Shown here one piece after another: positions 29,290-42,197 of a stretch of 64,000 nucleotides of DNA (position 1 is its first letter; each line of letters opens with the position of its first letter). The position numbers and the translations under genes are program-made. Source of the DNA: Salpingoeca rosetta (lineage: Eukaryota > Protista > Choanoflagellata); assembly GCA_033442325.1 (NCBI GenBank), contig JAWQFM010000022.1, positions 446,025 through 510,024 of the forward strand, written 5' to 3'. Under the pieces are notes generated by a model, which saw only the letters and a program-made list of their open reading frames with translations, was not told the origin of the DNA and made no database searches.

Positions 29290-30771
29290 GCTTGACCCTA
29301 CCAGGGCGACGAGGGCGGACATGGCCTTGATGTGGTCCTGCTCTGCTGCGCGCTTCAGCCACACCATGCCCTGTGACACCTGCTTCTGCCCACCACCACC
29401 GCCGCCGCCGCCACCGCCGCTGTTGCTGTTGCTGTTGCCGTGTACACCATCTGACAATGCGTGTGTGCGTGTGCCGTGGAAGGGGGGGGGAACGGAACGT
29501 TAGCTGCTGACAGATGCAACTGTGTGCACGCACACCAAAACACACACACACACACACACACACCCCTCCTTGCCCCCTCGCCCTTCCCCAAACAACCACA
29601 ACCAAAACACCTGTGAGCACACCTGTGAGGAGGATGCCGAGTTCGTATTGGGAGGCAGCGTGGCCTCCCTCTGCGCCGCGCGTCAGCCACTTGATCGTCT
29701 TGCTTGTCGACCGCTTCACACCGCGACCGTGGCGGTAACACATGGCCAGGTTGAACGCACCCGCGGCGTGCCCGCGCTGCGCCGCCTGCCGATAGCACTC
29801 CACCGCCTTGCTGGCGTTGGGCGCTGTGCCCGTGCCCGTTGCGTGGCAGTTGCCAAGGTTCACCAGGGCCTGTGGGAGGTGCCTGTCTGCCGCCTGTCTG
29901 TACCACGCAAAGGCGTAGGCCGCGCTGCGTGTGCTGCCACCGAGAAGGCCGTTGCTCGCCACCACGCCCAGCTGGAACTGGCTGCTTGCGTCGCCCATCA
30001 TCGCTGCACGGAGTGCAAGTTCGCACGCCTTGCTGTTGTTGGCGGGGAAGCCATACAGCCCGTGTGCGGCTGCCTTTGCCAGGGTGCTCAGCGCCAGCAC
30101 GTTGCACCCCTTGTGGTCCTGTGAGCTCGAGCCTTTGCCTTCGAGGCAGCGCCGCATGTCCGCTGGGTTTGAAAATGCCGGCACAAGCGCTGTCACCTCA
30201 CCCGCACCGTCATTGGCAGTGCTGTTGCTGCTGTTACTAGCATTCGTGGCGTCACGGTTGTTGGCAGTGGCAGTGGTGGCTCTGTTGCAGTTGTTCTCCT
30301 GGTTCGCCGCCGCAGCTGTCACGGCGCGCGCCTTGCCGCTGTTCTTGCTGTCTTTGCTGCTGCTGCTCTTGCTCTTGCTCTTTAGCAGCGTGATCTTCAG
30401 GCGTGACTTCTTCTTTGTCTTCTTCTCCTTCTTGTCCGTCGACGCCGTTGCTGCGTTTGCTTCTGCCGCTTCGTGATTGATGTTCTTCGCCTCTGCCTTG
30501 TCCTTCCTTGTCCTCTTTCTCTTCTCCTTCTTTGTCTTCTCTTCCTTCCTTGTCTTCTTGTCCTTCTTTGACTTCTTGTCCTTCTGTGGCTTCTCTTCCT
30601 TGTCTTCTTCCTCTTGCATCACCGCCGTCGTGTCTGCCCCATCTCCCGTCTCCTCGCTTCTGCTGCGCTTACAGATGTTGTTGTCGTAGTGGACACCGGG
30701 GGCGTCGTCGTATTCATCCCCATCATCACTGTCACCACCATGAAAACCATCACCATCGCGGCTACCAACAG

Positions 30772-30831
<60 letters not shown>

Positions 30832-32276
30832 GGCCGTCTCCGTCGCTTTCAGCGCCAATGGCAGCAAGAATCGCGTCCACAGCTTCTTCTTCATCCTCTG
30901 CCAGGCCATCCCCACCACCACCACCATGTGTGGGCTGGTGAGTCCAAAGTGTGCCACCCGGCTCCTGCTGCTCCTGCTCCTGCTCTTCCTCGTTTCCATC
31001 GCCACCTTCGCCACCACCACTGTGGCGACCCTTTCCTTCCCTCTTCCCTCCCTCTTCTTCCACCTCCTCTTCTGTTTCTCCTTCAGTTCCTTGTTCTTCT
31101 CCTCCTTGTTCTTCTTGTTCTTGTTCTTCTTGTTCTTGCTCTTCCCCGCCCACGTCTTCCTCCTCCCATTCATCTTCTTGCTCTTCCTCCTCCTCCGCCT
31201 CCCACATGTCCACCTGTGCTGCCTTGAGCAGGTGGTGCCGTGCTGCGGCAAGGTTCATGTTGCACACCGCGTGCACCAGGCCAAGTGCCGCCTGCACAAA
31301 CCGCCGATCCGCGCCCCGCACGTGCGGCTGGTTCAGCTCTTGCATCAGGCGACGCACGCACACCTCCTTCGACACGTTGGGCGCCTGCTGCGCTTGCACG
31401 TGATAGCGTGCGGTGACAAGCGTGCTGGAGACAACGGGCCCGAGGTCCGGGTGTGTGTCCAGAAGCGCAGACAGACACACGAGCGCAATGACGTCGTCAG
31501 GCGCACAGGAGACGGAAAACTCAAAGCACGCCTTTGCCGTTCGCAGGTGGCCGCCGCTCCAGCGATGGATCCCAGTCGTGCTCATCTGTTGGTGGTGGTG
31601 GCGTTGTAAGTGGTGTTGTTGTAGATGAGCATGTGTACCGTGTGAAAAAAGGCAAATCAGCAGGGTGGAGTGGACAAGGAGATTGTGATGCATCCGGCAA
31701 GCTACAGCAATGTGTGAGATATTTCACGCACAGCCGTGTACGACATACACCCTCATTCAAGTAATACACACAGGTTCACATACACGCACGCACGCACGCA
31801 TGCGCGCGCGCCCCTTGCACACGTACATTGACAGCGGCTGCAAGGTTTTCCATCTGCGTGCGCTTGGTCAGCTCTGCACGAAGCAGGTCGTGCGTGACCC
31901 GGGATTCTTGGAGCTGGCGACGGAGGACGCTGATCTGCTTGTTGGTGTCGCAGTCGCAGGAGAGGTGATGGCGATGCCGGTGACGCTGCGGGTGCCGCTG
32001 CTGCGCCGTCTTCAGGCCAACTTTGCACTCCTTGCCGCCGGTGGGCGACTTGGCACAACCCATGTCATCGGCGAGCATGCGACGCCCCTGGCGTTTCGCT
32101 TCCGCCTTTTTCTCCTTGTATTCAGCGCACCACGGGTCCAGCGCAACCTCCCCTGCCGGTTTACTGTTCTTGGGCACTTGCGGGTATTCGTCCAATGCGC
32201 CTGGCGTGCGCTGGCCACCACCACTGCGGGCTCCAGCGTCGCCCGCTCTTCTTCGTGCAGCATGGGCTGCCTGCAT
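28636..32276 (-). CDS. Sel1-like repeat protein with long acidic (poly-E/poly-D) and Lys-rich low-complexity region; 5' end uncertain
   Basis: Sel1 repeats AFAWYRQAADRHLPQALVNLGNCHATGTG, AVECYRQAAQRGHAAGAFNLAMCYRHGRG, TIKWLTRGAEGGHAASQYELG, GMVWLKRAAEQDHIKA (~29300-30110). Upstream exon 32276-31827 splices in phase 0 to 31585. Confidence 0.75.
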
Positions 32277-32343
32277 CTTTGTCGGGCTGCTGCTCGTCGT
32301 TGCTCGTCCTGTGACCGTGCGAACAGCCCCCAAAGCTGGTGAC

Positions 32344-32376
<33 letters not shown>

Positions 32377-32868
32377 CTGTATGTGTGTGTGTATGTGTGA
32401 CTGTATGTGTGACTGTATGTGTGTGTGCGTGGAGTGTTGAAGCGAGGCGGTCCAACCACAAGGATACAACCACACCACAACTCTTGTGTTGGTGTGTGTG
32501 CACCGATGTGAGCTGCTCGCTTGGCTCGTTTGCTTTTCTTCTCCCTTGCTTCAACAGGCTCACGGGCGCGCGTGTGTGTGTGTATCTGGTGCAGAAATGA
32601 AAAGAAAACACACACGAACACGTACACAGGTGTTCATGCACACACGGAGAACGTGTCACATCACATCACTGGCTGCAGCCAGCGACCCTTGCTGGTGCCG
32701 CTGTCATGCCATGCCATCATGCATGCGCTGCATGCCAGCGCACCAGCCAAAGTCGTCTGTTGTCATTGCTGAAAATTGTTAAATATCATTCATAAACACC
32801 GTCGGTTATGAACTCGGGCGTGTGACGATGGAAACGTGAGTTCGACATCAAGACAAGAGTCCGCGACG

Positions 32869-32962
<94 letters not shown>

Positions 32963-32976
32963 CCGACGACACACAC

Positions 32977-33076
32977 NNNNNNNNNNNNNNNNNNNNNNNN
33001 NNNNNNNNNNNNNNNNNNNNNNNNNNNNNNNNNNNNNNNNNNNNNNNNNNNNNNNNNNNNNNNNNNNNNNNNNNNN
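32977..33076. other. assembly gap (100 N) flanked by (CA)n
   Basis: N run. Confidence 1.
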
Positions 33077-33153
<77 letters not shown>

Positions 33154-33249
33154 GCACACACACACACGCGCACACACACGCACACGCGCACACACACGCA
33201 CACGCACACACACGCAGGTTCTCAGCCATCCAAAACGACCCTTGTCGGC

Positions 33250-33730
33250 TCAGCAGATTGGGGAGATGGAGAGTGTTTTGGCAAGCCAGGAAAGCGCATT
33301 GGGGACGCCATCGCCGGTGGTGATGCACGTTTCGTGAATGTAGTGCGGGCGGGACGCGGCAACGGCCGAGAGGTTGAGGGCGGTCGAGACCTCCTGTTTC
33401 GTCGCTGCATCGGGGAGGTCGCTCTTGTTGGCAAGAACAAGCAGCCCCGCTTTTGGTGGCAGGATGCCGAGCACGTACTCCAGCTCCCGCTTTGCCTCGT
33501 CCAATCGGTATTGATCCGAAGCGTCAACCACATACACCAGCGCCTGCGCCCCCTCCGCAAACACCTTCCACAACGGCCGAATCTGTTTCGTGTGTGTTGT
33601 GTGCATGTGTGTGATGTGTGTGTGTGTGTGTGTGTGATATGTGTGAAGAACAAAGCCCCGAGCGAGAGTGAGTGTTGCGATGATCGTTCAAGTAGAAACT
33701 GCGGGTGTGAGTGCGTGACTCGGTCGCTCA

Positions 33731-33813
<83 letters not shown>

Positions 33814-34158
33814 TCACGCGCACAAAAAAACATACATCGCACACAACAAAACACGGAATGACACGCGTGGGTTCAGCCAGGATTGTCAGAGCGCGGGTAC
33901 ACAAGCACTGGCCCAAATTCTCACCGGAGAACGGCCGCCGACGTCAAAGGAGACAAATGTTGTACGATTTACATTGAGCTGTTCGCAGTTGAAGCCAATG
34001 GTGGGGATGAACGCCTCAACTTCGCCTGCCTTGCCGCCACTGCTCTCCTTCAATTTGTACAGCAGCGTTGTCTTGCCACTCGCATCCAAGCCAAGCAACA
34101 GCACCCGCACCTTGCTCTCAAAGTACGGCACAAACTTTTGCTTCCACGCATTCCCCAT
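33250..34158 (-). CDS. ARF/ARL-family small GTPase with atypical switch II
   Basis: MG start (myristoylation-compatible), GLDASGKT, PTIGFN, FDVGGRSP|IRPLW, VYVVDASD, NKSD, TCITTGDG. 2 exons. Confidence 0.92.
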
Positions 34159-34772
34159 GGCTCTGGCTGCTGCTGGTTGTAGGGTTCTGGTTCGCCTCGC
34201 TGCTGGTTCACCTCGCTGTTGTGGTGCGTTGTTCCTTTGGTGTTGTTGGGTGTCTTCGTTCGTTTGCTCGTTCTTTCTTTCTGTGATGCTGTCAGTGCAC
34301 ACGCGCATGCACGCACTTGCTGCTATCGCTTCTCGGGAAACGTAAATGATGCACAATCTGCCTCTGCAGATCTCTGGCGCTCGCACACAGTGCCAGCACA
34401 GCAAACTGCTGGCTTCTTGTGCTGCGTTGGCGGTTTTGTTCTTTTTGGCAAAAGGCACTTTGCCACCAAAGGGAGGACAGCAACGATGATGTCATGCCAG
34501 GTCACGAAGACGCCCGCCTTCTCCGCTCTGCCTTCATGTACATTCGAGAGTCGAACTTTGCGTCATTCTTGCCTCCTTTGTGCTCGTCTTCCCGTTCGGT
34601 GGATGAGTAGGTTTATTGCGGCGCCGTTTCACCTGTTTCCGCTTGTTGTTCCCCACGTAGCCAAACGAGCAGCAATGCAGCAATGTCACATCACACATCT
34701 CACACCTCGCATTCCGCATGAGCACAGCTTGGCCAGCTTCTGAAGCTTCTTCTCTGTTCTCCGAGGAAGAGG

Positions 34773-36437
34773 ATGACCACAACAAGCGCGTGCACCAGGC
34801 TGCTGCTTTGCCTTGTGCTTCTGGTAGCCACCATCCTTCCCGCACACGCCGAGCCGATATCGCTCGGCTGCCTCCAAGCCGGCACTCACGCCAGTAAGTC
34901 GACTACAAGGTTCTTTCTTGACTCGCTGCTTGCACTGCCACACACGAAAACAGTGTCGTGTGGTTCTTGTTTGTCACCAGGGATGGGACAGGGGGAATAT
35001 TGGAGAACTTGGAGAAGGACCTGAGGCGGCAAGGGCGGTGAAGAGCAAGAGCGAGAAAACACACGTTCACACGCACGCACACCACAGATAGCGAACAACT
35101 ACACTAGCAGCAGCAGCAACAACAACAACAACAACAACACTCGTAACAACGACGAGACGACGCAGACGACGTCGTCCGATTGTTGCCTGTTCGCGTCATC
35201 GAACAACGCATCGCACGTATGCAAGCTCACGAGCTGTTGTGTTTTGTTTCTCACCTGACTGTCAGGCATCTGTGACGACCTTCAAAGGCTTGTGCAAGCA
35301 GCAAGCCAAGTCCAGCCGCGAGATGTAAAGGTTCATGTGTTGACGAAAGAAAACATCTTGGACGCCGCCGCTGACGCCCTCATCGACTATGCAATCGTGG
35401 ATCCAACCTCTGCTGCCTGCCTCCAGGCTGAACACAGCGCTGCACCCATCGCCACACTCGCAGACCCTCTCCTTGAAGGTGTGTTCCATGTACAGTGCCC
35501 GTGTAGGTGTATACTGCACGTCACTCGCACTCGCACCTGCGCTTAGACTTCTACACGTTTGTTCCAACTCCTCCACGCCCTAGCGTGCGTTTGCTTCCAC
35601 TCCTCAACCTCTTCTCCGCCCTCTGTAGCGTTTCGGTGCCCTTCCCACAGACCCATGACTCAAGTATCAAATCACCTTGGTGCCATCCCTTTGCGTGTCA
35701 TCTGTGCAACTTCCGTTCAGGCGATGGGTACCTGCATGAAGTTGGCGGCGTCATCTTTGCCAAGGCGGACAGCGGCATTGACTCGTTTAACGACTTGGTG
35801 GACCGTGTTGTTGCGGCTCCGACAGCCACAGCGTTCAGCGGCATCCAAGCACAGTTCTTTGAGTACCGCCAGCGAACGGGACGAGACCTGATTGACGACG
35901 CCGTCATGGTGCGTGTACGTGCATGTGTGCGCATATGCGCGTGTGTGTATTGTTGAAGCGGCAAGGAAGGGGGAAAGGCACCGCTCTGCTCTTTGCTTCA
36001 TGCTGTTGGGGCAGAGGTTATGAATGGCGCGTGTAGATTTATTATGTGGGTGGCAGTCGCCACCCCACTCATTCACGCACCCTCTGCGCGCCCACTCTGT
36101 ACGACCTTTCCCTTTCCTGTACTTCACGTTTACGTCCATTGCCGTCACATTGCCTTGATTTCACACCACACCGCACATGACAACCAGATGCAATTCTACA
36201 ACACATCGAGGCAAGTTGTGGACGCCGTGTTGGAGGGCAAGGCAGAGGCCGGCGCCGTGCCATCTGGAACACTGGAAGAGCTGTTTCTCGAGGGCACCAT
36301 TGCCCTTGACGGCCTGCATGTGCTGTCGGAGAAGCTCGTTGTTCGCGAAGGTCGCCAATATCCGTACTTCACATCGACGCCCGTCTACCCAAACTGGGCC
36401 CTCATCGCCATGCCCTCAACGTCCATCGAGGTGACGC

Positions 36438-36511
<74 letters not shown>

Positions 36512-39500
36512 CGTTCGTCACTCACAAGCGCACTCCTGCAATCCCTCACACACACACTCTCTCTCTCTCGCTCATGTGCGCGCGAATGTAGGAGCGAAAC
36601 GACTTTGAATCCTGGCTGCTGCTGCCTTCGTACAACTCAACTGAGCACCTCCACTTTGCACCACCGCTCAGCTACACCGCTGCCAGCACAGTACTGGTGA
36701 GAGAAGACTGGATGCTTTGCAATATGTCGTGCGATGCAAAACTCTTTCTCACACGCTTGCCGAACGTCAGCGTGAACTCTAGCCCAAGCAACCAGCACTG
36801 GCTCGCATGTGTATGCACACATACGCACACGTGTCCTCTCGTGCACTCACTCGCTCGCTCACACACACACACACACGCACACACACGCGCGCACACACGC
36901 ACACACACACACACAAATGCATGCAGACCATGTTTGGGGTGATTATTCCTGATGCAACGAGGCCAGGCCTTGGCTATTGCCAACGATTCGAGACCGCCTA
37001 CGACGCAATTCTCTGTCCTGCTGACCACTACAAACTCCCACCGTACGCTGTTGACGGCACGTGTGACCTGTACACACAGCACCCCTGTCCACCGGGCGTC
37101 CTCTGTGTCTGTCGACCTTGCAAGAAGGCACTGCCAGTTGAGGTGTGTTGTCGTTTGTGCTTGTGTGCATGCGTGCTCTGATGCGCCATTGTCATGGCTC
37201 TCCTTGAAACTACACATGTGTGCACATCGCCCCGCCATCATGTGTGTTCACTGGTTTCCTTGCCCGCACTTGCGTACGCTCGCTGCCGCGCTCTCTTGTC
37301 ACAACGCTGAACATCGCACGCACACACATGTGCACGCGTGGATGATCGCAGGTGCATCCTGTTGACCACCACATCTCCGAGTTGCAGCTTGACAGCGACA
37401 CGAGAGACGTGCTAGAGGCGCTGTCAAAGACATGCTCTCGCATGGAAATCTGCCTGGAGAAGATCCAGAACGAGGACCAATACTTTCTCATGGAAGACAA
37501 CGAGTACCGCACGCGGCCCAACAAGGACACCTACTACTTCCTGGTGCGAACGCTGCGGGAGGATGGCAGTGTTGTGGAAGTCAAGGCTGAGCACGCCGAA
37601 ACGCACCCAGAGCTCTCTTGGATGGAGGTCAGCGAGACGCGCTTTGGCATCCACACCGTGCAGGTATTGCCTCTCGCTCGTGCGCCTGTGGGCTCGTGCG
37701 TGTGCGCATGTGCCTTATTCGTACGCGTAGGTGTGTGAAACTGATTGTTTGCGTTGAGGTGTGCGTGTGTGTGTACGTACGTGCGTATGCGTACGTGCGA
37801 ACACGCGTTTATATGTGCACCTCATTGAGCATGGAACGCAAGAGAAACGGCGCTGGTCCGCCACACACCAAGGATTATGTAACCTTAATCAATTCCACCC
37901 CGTGTTTCTGTTGCGAGCATCAAACCCCTTCCACGTCTCATCCCCTCCCCTCCCCTCCCCCTTGTGCAGATCCTGCTCGCAGATGACAACATCCCCGAAG
38001 ACCAGTGGGAGCACCTTGAGGCCTCGCCCTTTCTCATGCGCGTGCTGCCACGCGAATGCCCGCCAGACAAAGAGGCCACACAGTTGGGCACGTGCGGCTG
38101 TCCTGCGCAGACCCTCAACATGGGTGGAAAATGCCTGCGCGCACGGGAGTTTGTGCCCATTTTCCTCGTCATCGCGCTCGTGTTCATCGCCATCCTGTCC
38201 TACGTCATCATTGTGATCATGCGCAAGCGTGCGGATGCGCTGTGGCATATTGACAGCGAGGACATTGTTGTGAGCGACCCGCCCGACATGCTTGGCCGAG
38301 GAGCGTTTGGAGTTGTGATCAAGGGGGAGCTGAACGGCACCGCCATCGCCATCAAGCGGGCAATCCCACGACCGCCCTCGTCCAAGAGTGGCAGCTCCAC
38401 CGGCAAACGCAGCAGCTCCTCCCTCGCCAGCGATGCAAGCGGGTCAACCAAGCACTCCCGGATCGGTCGCAAGCGCATCAACTCCGTGGCCAGGTCCACC
38501 GTGAATGGCCAGAAAAGCCTCAGCCCTTGCACGACATTTGTGGAGGTGGACAACAGCACTAAGGAACAACGCCTGCTTCGTGCCCTCACCGCATTCACAG
38601 ACGCCGCCAGTATCGCCAGCGTCAGCAGCGGCAAGCGCTACAGATACTTCTCATCGGCAAAGTGCGTGGCCATGCAATGACCGAGAGCGTGTTGTGGCAC
38701 GAGAGCGTTATGACATGAACACTTGGTGGTGATTGATTGGCTGATGGCAAGGGGCGACATGGGAGAGAAGTGAGGCACTCCCCGTCGTTGGTGTTTGCGT
38801 TTTGTTTTCTCAGAACTGATGCATGTTGTATGTGTGCGCATGTGTGCGTGAACATTTGCATCCGTATCTGTGTATGTGTGTGTGTGTGTGTGTGCTTTGA
38901 CTGGGGTTGCAGGGCTGACTTTATGGCCGAGATTCGCCTGCTTTCGCGCCTGCGCCATCCATGCGTCGCCACCATGCTTGGTGCCATCTTCACAAAGTCA
39001 AGCGAAGTTCTCCTCGTCATGGAATACCTCGAGCACGGGTTAGCGCGCGAGGTGTGGGTGGGTGGATGAGCAGATGGATCGGTGAACTTGGTTCGCGGAA
39101 GTCTTCGTTTGCGCCTGCGGTCGGACATCGCTGTCTCCTTTCACTCACATCCAACACATGCGCGCGCACATATTTATCCGCACACACACATACGCACACC
39201 GCTCATAATTGCACGTACGTTCGAAGGTCACTGTATGACTTCCTGCGCAACGACAAGCTGCCGACGCCAGACATGTTCCTGCTGCCCATTGTCAAGGACA
39301 TTGTGTCTGGCATGCGCTACATCCACAACCTCAAGCCGCCGGTTGTGCACGGCGACCTCAAGGCAAAGAACGTGCTTGTGGATGGCAACTTCAAGGCCAA
39401 GATTGCCGACTTTGGGCTCTCGCAGAAACGTCGCTTTGGCTGTGGCACACCATACTGGATGGCGCCAGGTGTGTGTGTGTGTGTGTGTGGTGTATGCGTG

Positions 39501-41542
39501 TGTGCATATGTGCATGTGCACACGTGTGTGTGTGCGTGTGTGTGCCAGGATGCGTTGTGCATGTGTGTGTTGCACAGTTGCGTCCTTTCCCCCTACCTCA
39601 ACACATACACAACCTTCCAACCACTGCCACTCACAGCCACTGCAACTCATAACCACCACCACCACAACCACCCATTGCCACCAATCATCCAAACCATGCA
39701 GAGGTGCTGCGCGGAGGAGAGGTGACGCGGGAGGCGGACGTGTACAGCTTCGCCATCACCGTGTACGAGATCTACAGCCGGCAGGACCCGTTCGCAGAGG
39801 AGGACGCATCGGAGGTGCTCCGCCAGATCGCCGCGCGCCAGGTGCCGGCAAAGCGACCCGACATCCCAGACTCGTGCCCCGTCATGCTGGCTGAGCTTGC
39901 GCGGCGGTGCTGGTCCGAGGAGCCCAAGTTCCGGCCAACGTTCGACCAGGTGGACGCGCAGCTGAGCGAGCTCAACATCAGCAAGGTGGGCGCAAGCCTC
40001 ATCCAGCAGAAGCAGGACGCGCTGAAGAAGGCCACGGTGCTGCACGACGTGTTCCCGCCGCACATTGCCAAGATGCTGGAGGAGGGCAAGAAGGTGCACC
40101 CGGAGCACAAGGACGACGTGACCATCTTCTTCTCCGACATTGTGGGCTTCACCAACATCAGCGCGCAGCTGACGCCGGCGGCGGTGTCGGACATGCTGGA
40201 CCGACTGTACTCTGCCTTTGACGAGCTGACGGAGAAGCACGGCGTGTTCAAGGTGGAGACCATTGGCGACGCGTACATGGCGGCAACAAACCTTGTTGAG
40301 CCGCAGCACGACCACGCGCTCCGCATTGCGCAGTTTGCGGAGGACGCCATCAAGGCGGCGCAGTCGACGTTCATTGACATGGAGCGGCCGGAGCTCGGGT
40401 GCGTGAACATCCGCGTTGGGTTCCACTGCGGCCCTGTTGTGGCCAACGTTGTTGGGCGGCGCAACCCGCGGTACTGCCTGTTTGGGGACACGGTGAACAC
40501 GGCGTCGCGCATGGAGAGCTCGAGCGAGCGCAACAAGATCCACGTGTCGACGTCTGCGGGGGACCGCGTGCGGAGCCAGGCGCCGTGGGTGAAGCTTGAG
40601 TCGCGCGGGGTGCAGAACATCAAGGGCAAGGGCGAGATGCTGACATACTGGCTGGTGAGCACGAAGAAGGAAGCAAGCGGCCCCAGCGAGCTGACGACGG
40701 TGCAAGAGGCCGAGGAACCAGAGCTCGAAGTTGCAGAGCAGCCGCCCATGACATCACCCCGCTCCCTCACTTGGGCTGATCAGCAATCTGCGCCATCAGG
40801 CAACGCGGGCTCAAACCAAGATATTTCAACTGTTGGAAAACTTGTGCGGACCATCAGCGGCACCCTCTCCGGCAAGCGGCGAAACAGCGGCGACAAACCA
40901 AAACGCAACAACAGCCTGACGAGGCTCTTCGGGCACCGCAGCACCCCCGTGCAGCCGGCCGAATCCGACACAGATACGGACGTGGAATCGCAGACAGCGC
41001 GGTCGTCTATTGACTTTCGCCCACACCTCAGCGCCAGCAGCGGCAGCAGCACCTCTCAAGCGCAACAAATGACCACACCCGCTGTCCCTGGCACGGTCCA
41101 GCTTGAGGGTGGCATTGTCAGTGCCACCGACGTTGACCAGTATAACGGCGACGACGACGACGACGATGACGACCGTGATGATTATTGGGGTAGCGGAGGC
41201 GAGCTGCTGCAACAGGATGCACGGCTGCTGGGCGATTCACCATCACCAGTGGTCCTCAGCAACATGTCATCACCACAGCCTGTCCGGCGCAGCAACCTAC
41301 GCAACGAGGAGCCACCAACACACAAGACGCCCACCAAGTTGAACCAGGCCGCAAACCCCACGCCCACCTCAGCCACGGCCACCACTCGGCGCAAGAAGCT
41401 GCCAATCGCTGCTGGCTTGTCCTCGCGCCACCAGGGTGCGACGGCCAACAACAGCATGTCTGCAGTGAGCAGCACGGCCAACACAAGCCGTCAAAGTAAC
41501 GATGACACGCCGAACTCGCTTGCCTCACCGCTGCTCGTGTGA
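34773..41542 (+). CDS. Receptor guanylate cyclase with signal peptide, periplasmic-binding-protein (Phosphonate-bd/PBP2-like) ectodomain, Cys-rich linker, TM, kinase domain and class III cyclase
   Basis: Signal peptide LLLCLVLLVATILPAHA. GGVIFAKADSGIDSFNDL...VVDAVLEGKAEAG...STPVYPNW. TM FVPIFLVIALVFIAILSYVIIVIM. Kinase GRGAFG/AIK/HGDLKAKN/DFG/GTPYWMAPE. Cyclase TIFFSDIVGFT, KVETIGDAYM, PRYCLFGDTVNTASRMES (Glu and Cys specify GTP). Confidence 0.9.
36439..36511. repeat. (GAT)n trinucleotide microsatellite just inside an intron donor
   Basis: Follows GAG|GTGACGCT donor at ~36431. Confidence 0.9.
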
Positions 41543-42068
41543 TACCATGAAATGTAGGCTTTGTTGAGGAGTAGCTCCTGCATCACGCTTCTCATTGTGC
41601 CTCGCCCCCCCCCCCAAAACAAAACACTCAAACAAACAGAACGAATGAGTGTGCTGGGTGTGATCGTACAGCCCACCATGGCTGGCTTGTGCATTGGTTT
41701 CAATCAAAACACTGGGTATCACCACTTGGGTCATGTGTCACTTGATGCTTTTCAATACCAACTGTTCAATTCATGTCGAGTTACATTATACCAGAACAAG
41801 CAAAGATAAAGCAAAGAAGGGGCGAGGCAGCCGAAAGAAGAGAAAGCCAAGCAACAGTCGGCCGGCAGCCAAACGCGCGTATGGGTCAGAACCAAAGCTG
41901 ATCCCACGTCCGAAGCATGGCAGACACATCGATTGGGATGTGAGCCGACGACATGAATGTAACACAACACCTGTAACAACATAACATAATATGCACTACA
42001 GAGAATACGAAAATACGAAAATACAAATATCTCCCGCTCGCAGCTAAACACCTGCGCATTGCCCGTCT

Positions 42069-42150
<82 letters not shown>

Positions 42151-42197
42151 GCGTGCGCGCGCGCGCACCACTTCGATTTGCGTTTGAGCAGTTCGTA

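Noticed and set aside
36439-36511. Apparent poly-Met tract in ORF 35993-36700
   Set aside because: Lies after a GT donor at ~36431; the PBP domain resumes in a downstream exon (ERNDFESW...PLSY), so it is intronic
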